NCBI GenBank assembly: GCA_047967505.1 | Contig: CM106538.1 | DNA from: Dipteris shenzhenensis | Lineage: Eukaryota | DNA length: 64,000 bases | Strand: one strand, 5' to 3' | In this document: positions 61,150-64,000 of the stretch, piece by piece | Position numbering within the stretch: position 1 is the stretch's first letter | Layout: each line of letters opens with the position of its first letter | Translations under genes and position numbers: made by a program | The notes under the pieces: generated by a model | The model's input: the letters and a program-made list of their open reading frames with translations, nothing else | Database searches by the model: none | What the model was told of the DNA's origin: nothing

Positions 61150-63330
61150 TCCATGGTTCCTGGGATAGGCGAGATAGTGGGATGGGACTTTTGTAAAATA
61201 AAGGCGGATTAATTTTTGCCCCTCGACCTAGAGTATAGTGGTGGGGAGGGGAGAGCTTGATGGGAAGTGGACTGTTATTTATTATTATTAGCACTATGAT
61301 GGAGGATTGAAACTCTTTTTATGAATTTCTATGTGTAGTTTTTTAAAAAATTAATTAAATTATGTGTTTCAAATGGAGATCATCCTACAAAAATTGCCTT
61401 TAATAAACCAACGCTATTTAGAAAATCATTTGCTTTCTCTTTTGCATCAAAAAGCGCTTGCTTTACCTCTATATACTAGGAGGTAGTGCCCACGCGGACT
61501 TGTGCATCGCTAGGCATGTAGCATGATACATCCTACAAGATGTGAACATGGGCAGCCAACTCAGGTGGGCAAGGACACTCTGTTGCTTGAGATGTCTCTT
61601 AGGAGAGAGGGGAATGCTAATTGGAGGAAGCATAGAGATAATGAAGAAGACGAAGGTCAAATGAGGTAGATGATTAAAGGTTTCTTCTTTGTGCCCCATA
61701 ACAAGGTTCTCAAAAGGAGAAGAAGAGGAGGTGAAATCTTATTTGGATGTGAATTTCCATGAGACAATATATTTTGTACTAGGGAAAACAGTCCATTTGG
61801 GATCTCACAAAGAGCCAATACTCACCATAAAAAAAGGAAAAACTTGAGATAGTAAAGAATGCAAAGAAGGATGGCAAGGTGAAATTCATCAAAGAAGGAA
61901 GGGTAATGGTGGTGGATAAGAACAAGGGAAAAGGTAACAAGTCTTAGTACTCAGGACCCTTAGGATCAAAGTATGGAATGTGGGAGGCTTGCCTATAGGC
62001 AAGACACTGTTTCCAGCACTAGGAACATGGGAATATAAGGGTAATGAATTCAAAAAAAGGAGACTTCACAAAAGACTTCACTTTGGGGGCAAACACAAAT
62101 ACATATGTGGAAGAGGGTTCGTGAGTGCCATCTCTGCCGATGTTGCATTCCAAGACTTGATGGCAACATATGAGGCGACCTTGATTAGCGCAGTTACCTT
62201 GCCTCCTCTCCCACTTTGATCCTGGGGGTGAGGTAGGCTCAAGCAAGTGTAAAGTTGTATGATGTTGTCCAACATGATGCCTTATATAGCTCGTGTAGAT
62301 CCATGATTCCTCATTGCAGGTACCTTGCCTCCTCTTTTTGGGGTGAGGCAGCCCCAAGCAAGTGTACACAGTTGTATGATGTTATCCAACGTGATGCCTT
62401 ACATAGTTTGCGAAGATCCATAATTCCTGGGATAGGCGAGATGTGGATGAATTCCGGAACCCTCCGACCTAGAGCATAGTGGTGGGGAGGGGATGGGTTG
62501 ATGGGAAGGCAAATGTTATTATTATTAGCAATACCTTCTAGGATTGAAACTACTTTTGTGAATTTCCACGTGTAATTTTTAAAAAAAGTTAATTGAGTTT
62601 GTGTTTCAAAAGGAGATCATCGTACAGAAATTGCCTATCAATAGCCCCCAAAAAATGCCTTCAATGCCCTTTAAAAAATCGTTTGCTTTCTCTGTTGCAA
62701 ATTCAACAAGTGAAAAAAGATGAATGACACATGTCATTCATTAGGCCTGCCTAAAATAAATGGGGAGGCGAAGGGGGGGGCTAGGGATGAGTGGTGGAGT
62801 GAGGGAAGCTAAGAGAGAGAGAAAGAGAGAGACTAGTGGTGGAGTGAGGGAAGCTAAGAGAGAGAATGGGGAGGTGAAGGGTGGGTGGGCTAGGGACGAG
62901 TGGTGGAGTGAGGGAAGTTGAGAGAGAGAGGAGAGAGAAACCCAAAATCGTTAGTTGTGCATAATTGCCCCATTTATTGGGCTGACAGCTTTAACAAAGG
63001 CCAATGAGAAGGAGTTTATGAAATTTAAAAACTCCCCTATTTTAGCTTTGCCAAAGTAGAACCATTGCTAAGGCTACCCTGTAAGGGCAGGCCAAAAGCG
63101 GCTCGTGTCTCCTTTGTTCCACTCGCAAGAGGGCAAACTCCAATGTGTGGTGGGAGAGGGGAATTGTTAAAGGGGGGTAAAAGGTTAAGAAAGCAAGGAG
63201 ATAATGAAGAAGAAGAAGAAGGAGATGAAGGTGAAATGAGGTAGAGGAGCTTGTGGGTGTCCCATATAATAAGATGTGTTAAGAAGGGGAGGAGGAGCGG
63301 AGGTGAAATTTGATTTGTCTTGAGAGAGAG
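61150..63330. repeat. Old dispersed direct duplication with internal ~120-bp tandem repeat
   Basis: 61150-61440 resembles 62420-62695; 61600-61745 resembles 63150-63320; 62190-62310 resembles 62316-62428. Confidence 0.65.
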
Positions 63331-64000
63331 AGAGAGAGAGAGAGAGAGGAGGAACAAGGGTTGCAGAGGGGCTTTTGGAAGAGGGGATATCCCAATGAAC
63401 AGTCGTATCACTGCCTCTGTTCCTTTGCTTTAGATCCTTCTCTCATCCCTTCATGTTGATCTTCCTCACTCTTCGCCTCTTCCTCTTCTTAGCCTTCCCC
63501 TTTCTCTGCTCTTCTTCCTCTTTCCATCCTCCCCTTGGTCTTGATTTTCTTTTACCTTTGCCTCCTCCTCCTGCCTCTGCCTTTGTCCCCTCCCCCCCTT
63601 GCCGGCTCAGCCTTTTGCCTCGCTTTCCCGGTCGCTCTCCCGATGGGTCGCAGATCTCGTAGCCATTTCCGTAGCCGCTCCCTCGGGCTTCTATAAGCTC
63701 TGGTTCCTCTCCCCCCCAGGTGTCTGCGACCGAAGCTGTCGGGCCTGCTAGCTGTATGTGACCTCGGTGGCTTGATTTGTTGTATTCAGCTTTTGGGTCT
63801 TCTAAATAGGGGCTTCTTTGCGAATTTCCGGTGCTGATGCCTGAGCAAGGGGCGCCCACGATGGGCGACGAGGCCCAGAAGCGAAACACGGACTGTGTGT
63901 ATTTCTTGGCTTCGCCTCTGACTTGCAAAAAGGTACCCGCTTTTAACTATCTGTAGCGTCAAGTTCGAATTTTTTGTTACTGACCGAAAGACTGTAGATG

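Noticed and set aside
63420-64000. Lys/Gly-rich ORF 63443-63928 as a gene
   Set aside because: Purine-rich low complexity; may be a Ty3 gag C-terminal region truncated by the window edge, but motifs are insufficient.

Overview
Eukaryotic, repeat-dominated DNA with no intact host gene, rRNA, tRNA or CRISPR. The TE repertoire and microsatellite style suggest a large-genome seed-free plant such as a fern (inference only). The best-resolved elements are: a full-length but stop-riddled Ty1/copia element (32899-41309, 182-bp LTRs, CCTTC TSD); a gag-only TR-GAG-type LTR element with an intact gag nested inside it (36510-39155); a 548-bp TRIM with an AAGTA TSD (30221-30768); a decayed L1-like LINE; a PIF/Harbinger remnant carrying both transposase and Myb/SANT genes; and many Ty3/copia fragments. 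Two pseudogenes have prokaryote-like domains: an intronless 'archaeal-type' P-loop ATPase (7031-8316) and a spliced ParB/Srx-like DGNHR protein (~20670-21690). The most unusual structure is a ~5.3-kb array (49010-54370) of six ~430-bp nested palindromes separated by microsatellite slots. Their 6-nt loop alternates between GCAACA and its reverse complement TGTTGC, and arm-specific SNPs swap sides with the loop, a flip/flop signature. Coordinates of decayed fragments are approximate and all family calls rest on motif recognition by eye, without database searches.
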